NCBI RefSeq assembly: GCF_057098645.1 | Contig: NZ_CM169472.1 | DNA: 64,000 nucleotides | Strand: one strand, 5' to 3' | Shown: positions 17,380 through 27,071 of the stretch, one piece after another | Layout: the number at the start of each line of letters is the position of its first letter | Position numbering within the stretch: the stretch's first letter is position 1 | Notes under the pieces: model-generated | Seen by the model: the letters and a program-made list of their open reading frames with translations, nothing else | Databases searched by the model: none | What the model was told of the DNA's origin: nothing | Made by a program: the position numbers and the translations under genes

Positions 17380-17687
17380 TCTTTGTTCTCTCTGTAGTAA
17401 CGTGTCAGTTTGTCATACTCTGCGTGATTCGTTATGTGCTTCACAAAGAACCGCTTATTAACAAAGTTTATGTAGGCAATAACCCTAAGATTGTTCCCGC
17501 CGACATCCAGAACGTACCATTTGTTGCGATATTTAAAATTGTCGAGGTTGGGAAACGCCGTTCGCATTTCTTCTGGCGTAGAAAAATCCGTTTCCTTAAT
17601 AACCCGATACAATGCCTGAAGAGCCAGAGCGTCGTTAGGATATTTACGCGCAGACTCTTCAAATGGCGCTTTAGAAATGATGTGCAT
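17376..17687 (-). CDS. HigB-like toxin (RelE/ParE superfamily mRNA interferase)
   Basis: 103-aa basic ORF with DNFKY and VGGNNLRV motifs shared with HigB-type toxins; coupled to antitoxin. Confidence 0.75.
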   Translation of the reverse strand: MHIISKAPFEESARKYPNDALALQALYRVIKETDFSTPEEMRTAFPNLDNFKYRNKWYVLDVGGNNLRVIAYINFVNKRFFVKHITNHAEYDKLTRYYRENKE

Positions 17688-17848
17688 TTTTAAGTTTTAA
17701 CTTCCTTATAGTAAGTAAACAGCCACATCTGCGAGTTCTATCCTCATGTGTTCGGAAACTATAGCTCATCAAATCCAGGTTCACAATATGTAAACACTTG
17801 CGCGTGATATAATTACCCCCAAAATCCTCATAACCACTCTGCAAAAAG

Positions 17849-18622
17849 TCAGTTCTGATTCACCCCATCAAGCACATCCCCCTTTATCAAGCAACGTTGC
17901 GTCAGCGACAGATCTTCCGTTTGTGTGTCGCGCCCGGCGATGGGTTTGAGGACGAGTTTACGGTTGGGGGTATAAGTAAAACGCGTGAGCGCGGGATAGC
18001 TTAACTTGCCAAACCAGCCGTGAACACGCTGCCATTTGGCGTCTTTTACCTGATACAGACTGGTTATCCAGTAACCAGAATTAAACTGCATATCCAGCAA
18101 TTGCGTGTGACCATTGCCTTGTAAATCCAGCAAATCATCTACGCCAGTTTTGCTTGCAGTGTAGAATCCCCAGGGTTCAAAGACACAGGGACGGCCTTCG
18201 TGCGTGAACGTCATGAGGATTAAATGTGCATAGGGCGCCAGACCATTACCGGCACTTGGCAACCAGATAACCAGATCCTGAATGCCGTTACGATCCAGAT
18301 CGGCGCGATAGAGCTGCCCTTTGCCCGCCATATTTGCCAGCAACCCCACTGGCACCGTCCAGGATTTACCCGCGAGGTCTTTAGCGGTTAATTGCCAGTA
18401 ATCCTCTTCATTTGGCATCTTCTCAAGCGTCACGCCAGCAACGCCGATTTTTCTAAAATGCCAAGTTTGCTCGGTATAATAAGGCATGGTCAGGAGAGGT
18501 TTCAGCGCCCGCTTTTGCGCATATTCGCTGCCACTCATTGGCAGATATTCGGTAAAGCTGGTGGCCAGTGCAGACTGCACTAAGCTCAATAAAAAAGCGC
18601 ACATCCCTGTTCTGATGTTCAA
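17849..18622 (-). CDS. exported protein of unknown function, possible FG-GAP/VCBS-like calcium-binding loops
   Basis: 257-aa ORF with N-terminal signal peptide (MNIRTGMCAFLLSLVQSALA); motifs ADLDRNGIQDLV and LDLQGNGHTQLLD; starts 24 nt downstream of hycI stop on the same strand. Confidence 0.7.
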   Translation of the reverse strand: MNIRTGMCAFLLSLVQSALATSFTEYLPMSGSEYAQKRALKPLLTMPYYTEQTWHFRKIGVAGVTLEKMPNEEDYWQLTAKDLAGKSWTVPVGLLANMAGKGQLYRADLDRNGIQDLVIWLPSAGNGLAPYAHLILMTFTHEGRPCVFEPWGFYTASKTGVDDLLDLQGNGHTQLLDMQFNSGYWITSLYQVKDAKWQRVHGWFGKLSYPALTRFTYTPNRKLVLKPIAGRDTQTEDLSLTQRCLIKGDVLDGVNQN

Positions 18623-18646
18623 TTCCCTGAATTCCCTAATGAAGAA

Positions 18647-19114
18647 TTATTCTTCCACCGCTAACTGCGCAAATCCGCCGTTCCCTTCCCAGCCTTCCAG
18701 TCGTTGATAAACGGTTTCTACCGCATCTTTAATCGGCTGGGTCATCGGGTAGTAAAAGCCGACGATATCCGGCTGGATGCCGAGGAAAATCACTTCGCCA
18801 ATATCTTCTTTCAACTGATCGATAAGGTAGTTCAACGGCATGTTATGGGTAGTCATCATAAACATCTCGGCGATATCATCCGGGTCGATGATGCGGATCT
18901 CGCCGGGGTTTAGCCCCATATCAGTGGCGTCGACAATCAGCAGTCGTGTCGGGCGCAGTTCACGGATAGCGACAATGTCGTTTTCCGGTGCGCTACCGCC
19001 GTCAATCACCACCCAGTTACCTTTCGGCGCGGCGGCGCACTTTTCCGCCAGCAGCGGACCTGCGCCATCATCACCCATCATGCTATTGCCAACACAGAGT
19101 AAAACGTCAGTCAC
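18647..19114 (-). CDS. hycI: hydrogenase 3 maturation endopeptidase
   Basis: 155-aa ORF; N-terminal GNSMMGDDGAGP motif of hydrogenase maturation proteases; last gene of hyc operon. Confidence 0.9.
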   Translation of the reverse strand: MTDVLLCVGNSMMGDDGAGPLLAEKCAAAPKGNWVVIDGGSAPENDIVAIRELRPTRLLIVDATDMGLNPGEIRIIDPDDIAEMFMMTTHNMPLNYLIDQLKEDIGEVIFLGIQPDIVGFYYPMTQPIKDAVETVYQRLEGWEGNGGFAQLAVEE

Positions 19115-19517
19115 GCAGTCTCCTCACCATCAAATAGATGGCGTTTTCCTGATGAATATCATGCAGCATACTTAACAGCATTGTACTCCATTCCTGCTGC
19201 TGCGAAGTTTGCGCTGCCCGGGCTTTATCGAATGCATTGGCCAGCATCGGCACATGGTTAATGTCGATGACGATCTCACCATATTTCGGCACACCTTCCA
19301 TTTTGCGGCGGGCTTCGCTGCCCGCCTCCAGAGTGGCAATCCATGCCAGATATTCATCCCACGGGCAGGTGAGCGCCGCTTCCAGGCAATCGATAACCCC
19401 AAGGTGGTGACCAATCGCCAGGCTGTAATAGACCACCTGCTGCGCCTCGGCGGGCGTGGCATCGTTCTCATCAATAAATTTACGGCTCAGTTGACTGAAC
19501 ACCACCTTTTCACTCAT
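19107..19517 (-). CDS. hycH: formate hydrogenlyase maturation protein HycH
   Basis: 136-aa ORF in conserved operon position; 8-nt overlap with hycI. Confidence 0.88.
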   Translation of the reverse strand: MSEKVVFSQLSRKFIDENDATPAEAQQVVYYSLAIGHHLGVIDCLEAALTCPWDEYLAWIATLEAGSEARRKMEGVPKYGEIVIDINHVPMLANAFDKARAAQTSQQQEWSTMLLSMLHDIHQENAIYLMVRRLRD

Positions 19518-20281
19518 CGGATACGCGCCTCTTCAACAACTTGATTCAGATGGCTGACAATCTCGTTCAGACGCGGATCGTTTTCCGCCTCCAGCCAGCG
19601 TGCAACCTGGTCTTCGCCCTGCCCTAACTGTGTCAGGTAATCATCGGCAATCTGGCGACCGTAACGATAACCCGCCAGGCGGCGTGCTTCGCGATCCACT
19701 TTCACGCGCAGCGGCTGCACCATATCGCCATGCAGAATCTCTGCCGGTTGTTCATCCTGCTCACCCGGCCCACGGGCGTGAATTTTCTGCTCCAGCAGGC
19801 CGAGCGCCATTGCAAAGCCGTACAGCGTGGCGGCAGGCGTTGGCGGGCAGCCAGGGATATAAACATCCACCGGGACGATTTTATCCGTACCGCCCCACTC
19901 GCAGTAGAGATCGTGGAAGATCCCGCCGCTGTTACCGCAGGCACCGTAGGAGATACAGATTTTCGGGTCCGGCGCGGACTGCCACGCACGCAGCGCAGGG
20001 GATCGCATTGCACGGGTGACCGCGCCGGTAAACAGTAAAATATCCGCATGACGCGGTGAAGGAACGACTTTAATGCCGAAGCGTTCTGCATCAAACAGCG
20101 GCGAAAGCGTGGCGAAAATTTCGATTTCGCAGCCGTTGCAGCCGCCGCAGTCCACGCGGTAAACGTAGGCAGAGCGTTTGATTTTTTTCAGTAACGACGC
20201 CTTCATACTGGCGATGGATTCATCCACCGTCATCGGGACCGGAATGCCGTTGGCGTCACGGGGGCCTAATAAATTGCTCAT
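19514..20281 (-). CDS. hycG: formate hydrogenlyase subunit 7 (NuoB-like [NiFe] hydrogenase small subunit)
   Basis: 255-aa ORF with NuoB-type cysteine pattern (CGGCNGCE...GCPP). Confidence 0.92.
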   Translation of the reverse strand: MSNLLGPRDANGIPVPMTVDESIASMKASLLKKIKRSAYVYRVDCGGCNGCEIEIFATLSPLFDAERFGIKVVPSPRHADILLFTGAVTRAMRSPALRAWQSAPDPKICISYGACGNSGGIFHDLYCEWGGTDKIVPVDVYIPGCPPTPAATLYGFAMALGLLEQKIHARGPGEQDEQPAEILHGDMVQPLRVKVDREARRLAGYRYGRQIADDYLTQLGQGEDQVARWLEAENDPRLNEIVSHLNQVVEEARIR

Positions 20282-20823
20282 CAGATGGCCTCTTTCATAT
20301 GGCGAGTCAGTTCAATACGGTCGGACGGCACCAGGCATTTCTGGCGCTTACATTCCGGGCAAGTCTCAAAGCTTTCGCGGTGGTTTTCCGCGCGGCTGTC
20401 GCCGTTGTGCTTAAGCAGCGCAATGGCGTAGTCGATCTCTTTCTGGACGGCGAAAGGACGATTGCAGACGCGACAGTTGCACAGCGCAAAACGGGACTGT
20501 TGCAGGAAATCTTCTTTCTTCCACACCGCCAGTTCGTACTCTTGCGACAGTTTGATCGCCGCCGTCGGGCAGACTTCTTCGCAGCGTCCGCAGAAGATGC
20601 AGCGACCGAGATTAAACTCCCAGGGCAGCTCACCGGTGGCGAGGTCAGTTTCAACCGTTAAGGCGTTTGACGGGCAGGCATTGACGCAGGCCGCGCAGCC
20701 GATGCACTGCTGCGGGTTCTGCTCTGGCTTACCACGGAAGTTTTTATCAACCGCAATCGGCTCCAGCGGATAAGACGAGGTCGCCGTGCCGGTTTTGATA
20801 ACTTTTTTGATAAAGGTAAACAT
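20281..20823 (-). CDS. hycF: formate hydrogenlyase subunit 6 (2x[4Fe-4S] ferredoxin)
   Basis: 180-aa [15 protein letters not shown] and [12 protein letters not shown] motifs. Confidence 0.92.
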   Translation of the reverse strand: MFTFIKKVIKTGTATSSYPLEPIAVDKNFRGKPEQNPQQCIGCAACVNACPSNALTVETDLATGELPWEFNLGRCIFCGRCEEVCPTAAIKLSQEYELAVWKKEDFLQQSRFALCNCRVCNRPFAVQKEIDYAIALLKHNGDSRAENHRESFETCPECKRQKCLVPSDRIELTRHMKEAI

Positions 20824-20832
20824 GGCGATTCC

Positions 20833-22542
20833 TTATTTCAGCGGCGAGTTTTTACGCTCAATGCTGTAACGCTCGAGTTCTTTGTACGGCACCACTTTGC
20901 TCTTCTTCTTACGCACATCGACCACGGTCATGCGGTCGGTACAGGAGTAGCAAGGGTCGAGGCTACCGATAATCAGCGGCGCATCGGAAACGGTATTGCC
21001 ACGCAGCATGTAGCGCAGGGTCGGCCAGTTCGCGTAAGTCGCGGCACGGCAGCGCCAGCGGTACAGCTTCTGGTTGTCGCCGGTCATGCTCCAGTGGATA
21101 TCGTCGCCGCGCGGCGCTTCGGCAAAGCCCAGCGCAAAGCGGTGCGGAATGTAGGTAAAGCCTTCCACCATCAGCGGGCCACCCGGCAGGTTATCCAGAC
21201 CGTAGTCGATCATGTTCAGCGCGGTATAGACTTCGTTGATACGCACTTTCAGACGGGAAATAACGTCGCAGCCCTGCTCGCTGTGGACTTCCATTGGCAG
21301 CAGGCCATAGCCGACAAATGGGTGATCGGCGCGGGTATCGCGGGCGTGACCGCTGGCGCGGACCATCGGGCCAACGTTACTGAAGTCGCGAGCGATTTCC
21401 GGGTCCAGACGACCAATGCCGACAGTGCGCTGTTCCATGTTCGGCGTACTCAGCAGCACATCCACCAGCTCCTGCACTTCACGACGCATCTGTTGCGCCA
21501 GTTGACGGGTCTGGATCATGTCATCTTTCAGCAGATCGCGACGAATCCCGCCGATCAGGTTCAGGCCGTAGGTTTTACGCGCGCCGGTAAGGATCTCCGC
21601 CATTTTCATGGAGGTTTCACGCACGCGGAAGAACTGCATAAAGCCGGAGTCAAAGCCGGTAAAGTGGCAGGCAAGACCGAGGTTGAGCAGATGCGAGTGC
21701 AGGCGTTCCACCTCCAGCAGAATGGCGCGGATCATCTGCGCACGTTCTGGCACCTGAATACCCATCGCGTTTTCCACCGACGTGGTGTAGGCGGTGCTGT
21801 GAGCAAAGCCGCAGATCCCGCACACACGGTCAGAGAGGAAGGTCACTTCGTTGTAACCCATACGGGTTTCCGCCAGTTTTTCCATGCCGCGATGAACGTA
21901 GAACAGACGGTAGTCGGCGTCGATAATGTTTTCGCCATCGACGAACAGACGGAAGTGACCCGGTTCGTCAGAAGTGACGTGCAGCGGACCAATCGGCACG
22001 ACGTTGTTTTTCTTGTCGCCCAGTTCGTTGATGAACTCGTAGGTTTCAGCATCGGTGGTCGGTGCCGGACGTTGACGATAATCCATGCTGTCTTTACGCA
22101 GCGGATAAAGTTCATCCGGCCAGTCATCCGGCAGCACCAGACGGCGTTCATCCGGCAGCCCTACCGGAATCAAACCGTACATATCGCGCACTTCGCGCTC
22201 GCCCCACACCGCCGCCGGAACGCGCGGCGTCACGGACGGATACTCCGGTTTGTTGGCGTCAACTTCGACGCGAACCGTTACCCAACACCTGGTGCCCTTC
22301 TCCATCGACAGCACGTAATAAACGGCGTAATGACCATTCAGTTTGCGTTCGTCGTTACCAAACAGCACCGACAGCCAGCCACCCTGTTTGTAGTAAAGAA
22401 ACTCCACCACTTCCGGCAGGTAGTTCACCTTTACGGTGACAGTCAGCTGATCTTTGGTCTGCCAGGCGTGGTCCAGCACGACGCCCGGAAATGCCTCATT
22501 CAGCGCGGCGAGATAATGTTGACCTAATTTTTCTTCAGACAT
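20833..22542 (-). CDS. hycE: hydrogenase 3 large subunit (NuoCD-like)
   Basis: 569 aa from MSEEKLGQHY; RVCGICGFAHS and C-terminal DPCYSCTDR nickel-ligand motifs of [NiFe] large subunits. Confidence 0.93.
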   Translation of the reverse strand: MSEEKLGQHYLAALNEAFPGVVLDHAWQTKDQLTVTVKVNYLPEVVEFLYYKQGGWLSVLFGNDERKLNGHYAVYYVLSMEKGTRCWVTVRVEVDANKPEYPSVTPRVPAAVWGEREVRDMYGLIPVGLPDERRLVLPDDWPDELYPLRKDSMDYRQRPAPTTDAETYEFINELGDKKNNVVPIGPLHVTSDEPGHFRLFVDGENIIDADYRLFYVHRGMEKLAETRMGYNEVTFLSDRVCGICGFAHSTAYTTSVENAMGIQVPERAQMIRAILLEVERLHSHLLNLGLACHFTGFDSGFMQFFRVRETSMKMAEILTGARKTYGLNLIGGIRRDLLKDDMIQTRQLAQQMRREVQELVDVLLSTPNMEQRTVGIGRLDPEIARDFSNVGPMVRASGHARDTRADHPFVGYGLLPMEVHSEQGCDVISRLKVRINEVYTALNMIDYGLDNLPGGPLMVEGFTYIPHRFALGFAEAPRGDDIHWSMTGDNQKLYRWRCRAATYANWPTLRYMLRGNTVSDAPLIIGSLDPCYSCTDRMTVVDVRKKKSKVVPYKELERYSIERKNSPLK

Positions 22543-22559
22543 GCTCAAACTCTCTTTAA

Positions 22560-23483
22560 TCACGCCGCCTGCAAGGAGACGAACGCTAAAAATGCAAAGC
22601 CAAACCCAGCCCAGGTAATGCGTGGAGTAATATCAAGACGCAGACGGGCCATGCTGTTTTCGAACAGCGCGATAACCAGTACGCCGACTACCAGTTTGAC
22701 GATGGCAATCACCAGCGCCAGTAGCAGTCCACCGACGGTAAAGGTTTCCATTTGTCCCCACGGAATAAACACCCCGACGAACATCTGCAACACCACCAGC
22801 TGTTTCAGGCTGATACCCCATTTCATGACGCCAAAGCCGCTGCCGCTATATTCAGAGAGCGGACCTTCCTGCAACTCCTGCTCGGCTTCCGCCAGATCGA
22901 ACGGCAGTTTGCCCATTTCGATAAAAGTGGCGAACGCACAGGCACAAAGCGCCAGCACCAGCGGGATGCTCTGGCTCAGCGGCCAGTGATAAACGGTGTC
23001 GGTGATGTTGCTGATGTTGGTGGAACCGGCAACCTGTGCGGCAACCCACAGACCAAGCAGCAGCATCGGTTCGACCAGCACGCCAAGCATCGCTTCACGG
23101 CTCGCGCCGATAGCAGTAAACGGGCTACCGGTATCCAGACCGGAAATGGCAAAGAAGAAACGCGCGATGGCAAAGAGATACAGTAAGGTGATCAAATCGC
23201 CCAGTTGCGGCAGCGGAGAACCAACGGTCACCACCGGCAGCGCAGTAGCGATAGTCAGCATTACGCCCACCATCACATACGGCGTCAGGCGGAACACCCA
23301 GCCGGAGGCATCCGGGCCAACGCTCTGGCGGCCCAGCAGTTTGATAATGTCGCGATACTCCTGCAACACGCCCGGCCCGCGACGGTTATGCAAGCGGGCG
23401 CGCGCCACGCGGGTTATACCGGAGAGCAGCGGCGCAACGGCAAATAACACCAGCGCCTGAATTAACGGATATAAAACACTCAT
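22560..23483 (-). CDS. hycD: formate hydrogenlyase membrane subunit 4 (NuoH-like)
   Basis: 307-aa polytopic membrane ORF. Confidence 0.9.
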   Translation of the reverse strand: MSVLYPLIQALVLFAVAPLLSGITRVARARLHNRRGPGVLQEYRDIIKLLGRQSVGPDASGWVFRLTPYVMVGVMLTIATALPVVTVGSPLPQLGDLITLLYLFAIARFFFAISGLDTGSPFTAIGASREAMLGVLVEPMLLLGLWVAAQVAGSTNISNITDTVYHWPLSQSIPLVLALCACAFATFIEMGKLPFDLAEAEQELQEGPLSEYSGSGFGVMKWGISLKQLVVLQMFVGVFIPWGQMETFTVGGLLLALVIAIVKLVVGVLVIALFENSMARLRLDITPRITWAGFGFAFLAFVSLQAA

Positions 23484-23485
23484 TC

Positions 23486-25312
23486 TCAGGCTCCTCGTGA
23501 AACAATAATCACCACCAGTACCGCCAGTTCAACCAGCGCCATCCGGCGGAACAGCAACGCACTCCCCTCGCACTGCCAGCCCGGCACCAGCGACACCGGA
23601 TTCAGCCATTTGCGCAGTTTCAGCACCGGCGCAAACGCCTGTTTCACCGGCATGGCAAAACCGTGAGCGGTAATCACCATTGATTTTTCGTGGTCGTAAC
23701 CGCACACCCAGGCCGCACCGCGGGAACGCGATGGCAAACGATCGCCTTTGCAAATCGCCATAATGATGAATGGCAGCAGCGGGCAGGCAATCAGCAGCAA
23801 CGTGATCATCGGTTGAGAAACGGTGGTGTTAGCAGGCTCCAGCGGCAGAGGTACAGCAGCAGAGAGCATCGGCAGTAGCCACGGCGCAGCAACACCGCCA
23901 ATTACGCAGCAAATCGCCAGTGCCACTACGCTTACGCTCATCAGGAGCGGTGCACAGGTGGCGTTTTCGGCTTCTTTGGTACGCGGCGCGCCGAGGAACG
24001 TGACGCCATAGACTTTCGCCATACACATCACCGCCAGCGCACCGGTAATTGCCAGACCCACAGCGAGCAGCGGCCCCAGCAGACGGGCAACAAACGCGCC
24101 ACTATTGCTCAGTTTGAAAAAGGATTGATAGATAACCCATTCCCCGGCAAACCCGTTCAGCGGCGGCAGTGCAGCCATTGCCATCAGCCCGACTAACATA
24201 GCGATGGAGATAACCGGCATTTTCTTGCCAATACCACCGAGTTTTTCGATATCGCGATGACCGGTACGGAACCAGACGCTCCCCGCCCCGAGGAACAGTA
24301 CACTTTTGAACAGGCTATGGTTAAGCAGATGGTACAGACCACCGACCAGGCCAAGAGCAATCAGCGCCGGTTGTTCGAGCGCGATACCCGTTACGCCAGC
24401 GCCCAGCCCCAGCAGGATAATGCCGATATTTTCCAGGGTGTGGTAAGCCAGTAGACGCTGGATGTTATGCTCCATCAGCGCATACAGACCACCGACGAAC
24501 GCGGTGATCATACCGAGCACCAGCAGCGCGATCCCCCACCACAGCGGTGCATTACCGCCCAGCAGTGACAGGGTTAAAATGCCCAGCAGGCCAATTTTCA
24601 TGACTACCGTAGAAAACAACACGGCAGCTGGCGCAGAGGCGTTCGCATGTGCCTGCGGCACCCAGCCGTGCAGCGGAATAATCCCGGCCAGCAGGCCAAA
24701 GCCAATCACACCGAGCAGCCAGATATCGGAACCGAGCGGCAGCTGTTGCATACGCATATCCAGCAGGCGCAGATCCAGCGTGCCGTAACGCTGCCACAGC
24801 AGCCAGCAAGCAATCGCCAGCAGCAGAGTGCCAAGACGCCCCAGCGCAAACCACAGTTTGCCCTCTTTGCTGTTGCTGGTGAGGAACACCGCACACAAGG
24901 CCATGACTTCGGCCATTACCACGAACATGCCGAGGTTGCTGGCAATGACGGCGCAGACGGCGGCAGCCATCAACATATTGATCTGCAAGCCGTTGCACTT
25001 CACCTGCGCGTGGCGATGCCAGTCAATGTTGTAGAGGCTGACAAACAGACCGCACAGACCGAGCGTAATCAGCCAAATCGCGTTAAGCGGAGAGATTTGC
25101 ACATCGTAGCTTACCAGCGACAGCGCACCGCTCACGCCAACCGCGCCAGTCAGTACTGTGAAGCCCGCTGCTGCCGTATACAGACTACCAACCGCGCCGC
25201 CAATTCCGGCTATCCAGCCGCTTAGCGCCTTTTGAAAAGAAAAGAGAAATGCCAGAACAGCGGCGGCGACAAACCACGCCACGCCGCTATTGATCAGGGA
25301 AATTGCGCTCAT
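23486..25312 (-). CDS. hycC: formate hydrogenlyase membrane subunit 3 (NuoL/MrpA-like antiporter module)
   Basis: 608-aa polytopic membrane ORF. Confidence 0.9.
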   Translation of the reverse strand: MSAISLINSGVAWFVAAAVLAFLFSFQKALSGWIAGIGGAVGSLYTAAAGFTVLTGAVGVSGALSLVSYDVQISPLNAIWLITLGLCGLFVSLYNIDWHRHAQVKCNGLQINMLMAAAVCAVIASNLGMFVVMAEVMALCAVFLTSNSKEGKLWFALGRLGTLLLAIACWLLWQRYGTLDLRLLDMRMQQLPLGSDIWLLGVIGFGLLAGIIPLHGWVPQAHANASAPAAVLFSTVVMKIGLLGILTLSLLGGNAPLWWGIALLVLGMITAFVGGLYALMEHNIQRLLAYHTLENIGIILLGLGAGVTGIALEQPALIALGLVGGLYHLLNHSLFKSVLFLGAGSVWFRTGHRDIEKLGGIGKKMPVISIAMLVGLMAMAALPPLNGFAGEWVIYQSFFKLSNSGAFVARLLGPLLAVGLAITGALAVMCMAKVYGVTFLGAPRTKEAENATCAPLLMSVSVVALAICCVIGGVAAPWLLPMLSAAVPLPLEPANTTVSQPMITLLLIACPLLPFIIMAICKGDRLPSRSRGAAWVCGYDHEKSMVITAHGFAMPVKQAFAPVLKLRKWLNPVSLVPGWQCEGSALLFRRMALVELAVLVVIIVSRGA

Positions 25313-25920
25313 TTAGCCTCTCCACTTTGAGCCTGCTGAAACAAGGTGAGATCGCCAAAGTCCGTGTTAAAGGTCAGCTCACGCTTACGTTTGCTGACGC
25401 GGGCGATATCGGTGTTATCCACCAGATGCAGGGCTTTAGTCGGGCACATCCGCACGCAGGCCGGACCTTGTTCATCAAAGCTACAAAGGTCACATTTGAC
25501 GGCGATCGCGCGAATACCTGGCACCCAGTCAAGCAATGTGCTGACACGCGCCGGAGCAGGCGGTGCCGGTGGCGCTTTCGGGGTATTGGCGTTTGCCGGA
25601 ATATCCAGCGGACGGCTGCCGGAAAATTCAATTGCGCCAAACGGGCAGGCGATGCCACACAGTTTGCAGCTTACGCACAGGCTTTCATTCAACTGCACGG
25701 CCCCATCAACGCGGGTGATGGCGTTAACCGGGCAGACCACCGCGCAGGGTGCATCTTCACAGTGGTGACAGAGCTGCGGCGCAGATTCTTTTTCATTTAG
25801 CATCACTCTCAGGCGCGGCATTGATTGCAGGCCGTGCTGGCGATGCGTCTCTGAACAGGCGGCCTCACAAGTGTGGCAGCCGATACAGAGCGTGGAGTCA
25901 GCAATTACAAAACGATTCAC
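25309..25920 (-). CDS. hycB: formate hydrogenlyase subunit 2 (4Fe-4S ferredoxin)
   Basis: 203-aa ORF with four Cys clusters (CIGCHTCEAAC, CHHCEDAPC, CVSCKLCGIACP, CDLC...CPT). Confidence 0.9.
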   Translation of the reverse strand: MNRFVIADSTLCIGCHTCEAACSETHRQHGLQSMPRLRVMLNEKESAPQLCHHCEDAPCAVVCPVNAITRVDGAVQLNESLCVSCKLCGIACPFGAIEFSGSRPLDIPANANTPKAPPAPPAPARVSTLLDWVPGIRAIAVKCDLCSFDEQGPACVRMCPTKALHLVDNTDIARVSKRKRELTFNTDFGDLTLFQQAQSGEAK

Positions 25921-26044
25921 CAGGCATTCCTCAGGTGATTGTCATTTTTGACGAAAACATGCCGATGAAATGTCATTTTCGACACTCATCGACACGCCCA
26001 TCCCCAAACAGGCGTAACGCCTGCAAAACGGGCAAAGCCTCAGC

Positions 26045-26506
26045 TCATGCTGCCGGGCTTTGTCCCTTTACCAGTTGGCTTAAATTCACCGGCACATTGT
26101 TTTCAATAGCGGTGTATAAGCTGTCGTAAACGCCAGCGATTTTTTCGAGATAGTGTTCCAGAACCTGTTCGCGATCGCGGATGTTGACCTTGCCATCAAT
26201 CATGCCGTCAATGCTCAGTTGCGCCTGCGCAATCCGCTGTTTGTCTTCGCCATCTTTTGTTTCGACGTAATACTCGATGGTGTGGCTGTTAAAGCCATCC
26301 GCCAGGGTGACGTAAATACGAAAATGTTCAAAAAGGACGAAACAGAGTTCTTTGTCCGGCGCGCAGCTCATGGCGTGATGCAGGCGCGCTTTCGATAACG
26401 TGATCCCCTGAACCAGCGAATTGCAGTAGATGTGCCACTGGTCCTGTAGGCGACGATGCCGCTGTGCGATGTAATCGGCTTTCTCGCTTATTTCCCAAAT
26501 AGTCAT
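26045..26506 (-). CDS. hycA: formate hydrogenlyase regulatory protein HycA
   Basis: 153-aa ORF, first gene of hyc operon, divergent from hypA. Confidence 0.88.
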   Translation of the reverse strand: MTIWEISEKADYIAQRHRRLQDQWHIYCNSLVQGITLSKARLHHAMSCAPDKELCFVLFEHFRIYVTLADGFNSHTIEYYVETKDGEDKQRIAQAQLSIDGMIDGKVNIRDREQVLEHYLEKIAGVYDSLYTAIENNVPVNLSQLVKGQSPAA

Positions 26507-26541
26507 TGTCAGGTTACCCGTTTAACAGAGATGCCAGCTTT

Positions 26542-26558
26542 AAGCATTTTTTGTGCCA
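26542..26558 (-). promoter_or_regulatory. candidate sigma54 promoter for hyc operon
   Basis: Minus strand reads TGGCACaaaaaaTGCTT with canonical GG/GC spacing, ~35 nt upstream of hycA start. Confidence 0.5.
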
Positions 26559-26614
26559 ACTTTTAATTCATTGTTATTAAAGCGATTTTTAAGATTTTGG
26601 TGAATTTCGTCGCC

Positions 26615-26644
26615 GTGTCGACGTGTCATTTCGACATCATCGAC
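26615..26644. promoter_or_regulatory. TCGACA repeat cluster, candidate FhlA upstream activating sequence
   Basis: TGTCGACgtGTCAtTTCGACAtcaTCGACA lying between the two divergent sigma54 promoter candidates. Confidence 0.4.
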
Positions 26645-26671
26645 ATTATTCACTGCAGGGATAATCAACAC

Positions 26672-26687
26672 TGGCACAATTATTGCT
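26672..26687 (+). promoter_or_regulatory. candidate sigma54 promoter for hyp operon
   Basis: TGGCACaattaTTGCT, near-consensus -24/-12 element ~30 nt upstream of hypA ATG. Confidence 0.6.
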
Positions 26688-26717
26688 TGTAGCTGGCAAT
26701 AGTTAATGGGAGGCGAT

Positions 26718-27068
26718 ATGCACGAAATAACCCTCTGCCAACGGGCACTGGAATTGATCGAACAGCAGGCCGCAAAACACGGCGCAAAACGCGTAACTGG
26801 GGTCTGGCTCAAAATTGGCGCATTTTCTTGTGTCGAAACCAGCTCTCTTGCCTTTTGTTTTGATCTGGTTTGCCGCGGCAGCGTGGCGGAAGGTTGTAAA
26901 CTGCACCTCGAAGAACAAGAGGCCGAATGCTGGTGTGAAACATGCCAACAGTATGTGACGCTACTGACCCAGCGCGTCCGCCGCTGTCCACAGTGTCATG
27001 GTGACATGCTACAGATTGTGGCAGACGACGGTTTACAGATTCGGCGGATAGAAATAGACCAGGAGTGA
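26718..27068 (+). CDS. hypA: hydrogenase nickel-incorporation protein HypA
   Basis: 116 aa from MHEITLCQRALEL; zinc site CETC...CPQC. Confidence 0.9.
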   Translation: MHEITLCQRALELIEQQAAKHGAKRVTGVWLKIGAFSCVETSSLAFCFDLVCRGSVAEGCKLHLEEQEAECWCETCQQYVTLLTQRVRRCPQCHGDMLQIVADDGLQIRRIEIDQE

Positions 27069-27071
27069 GCG

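Noticed and set aside
21094-22527. 477-aa plus-strand ORF
   Set aside because: Fully antisense to hycE; low-complexity His/Arg-rich translation typical of antisense frames in GC-rich genes.
24647-25225. 192-aa plus-strand ORF and other short ORFs antisense to hycC/hycD
   Set aside because: Shadow ORFs within membrane-subunit genes; the hyc genes account for the region.
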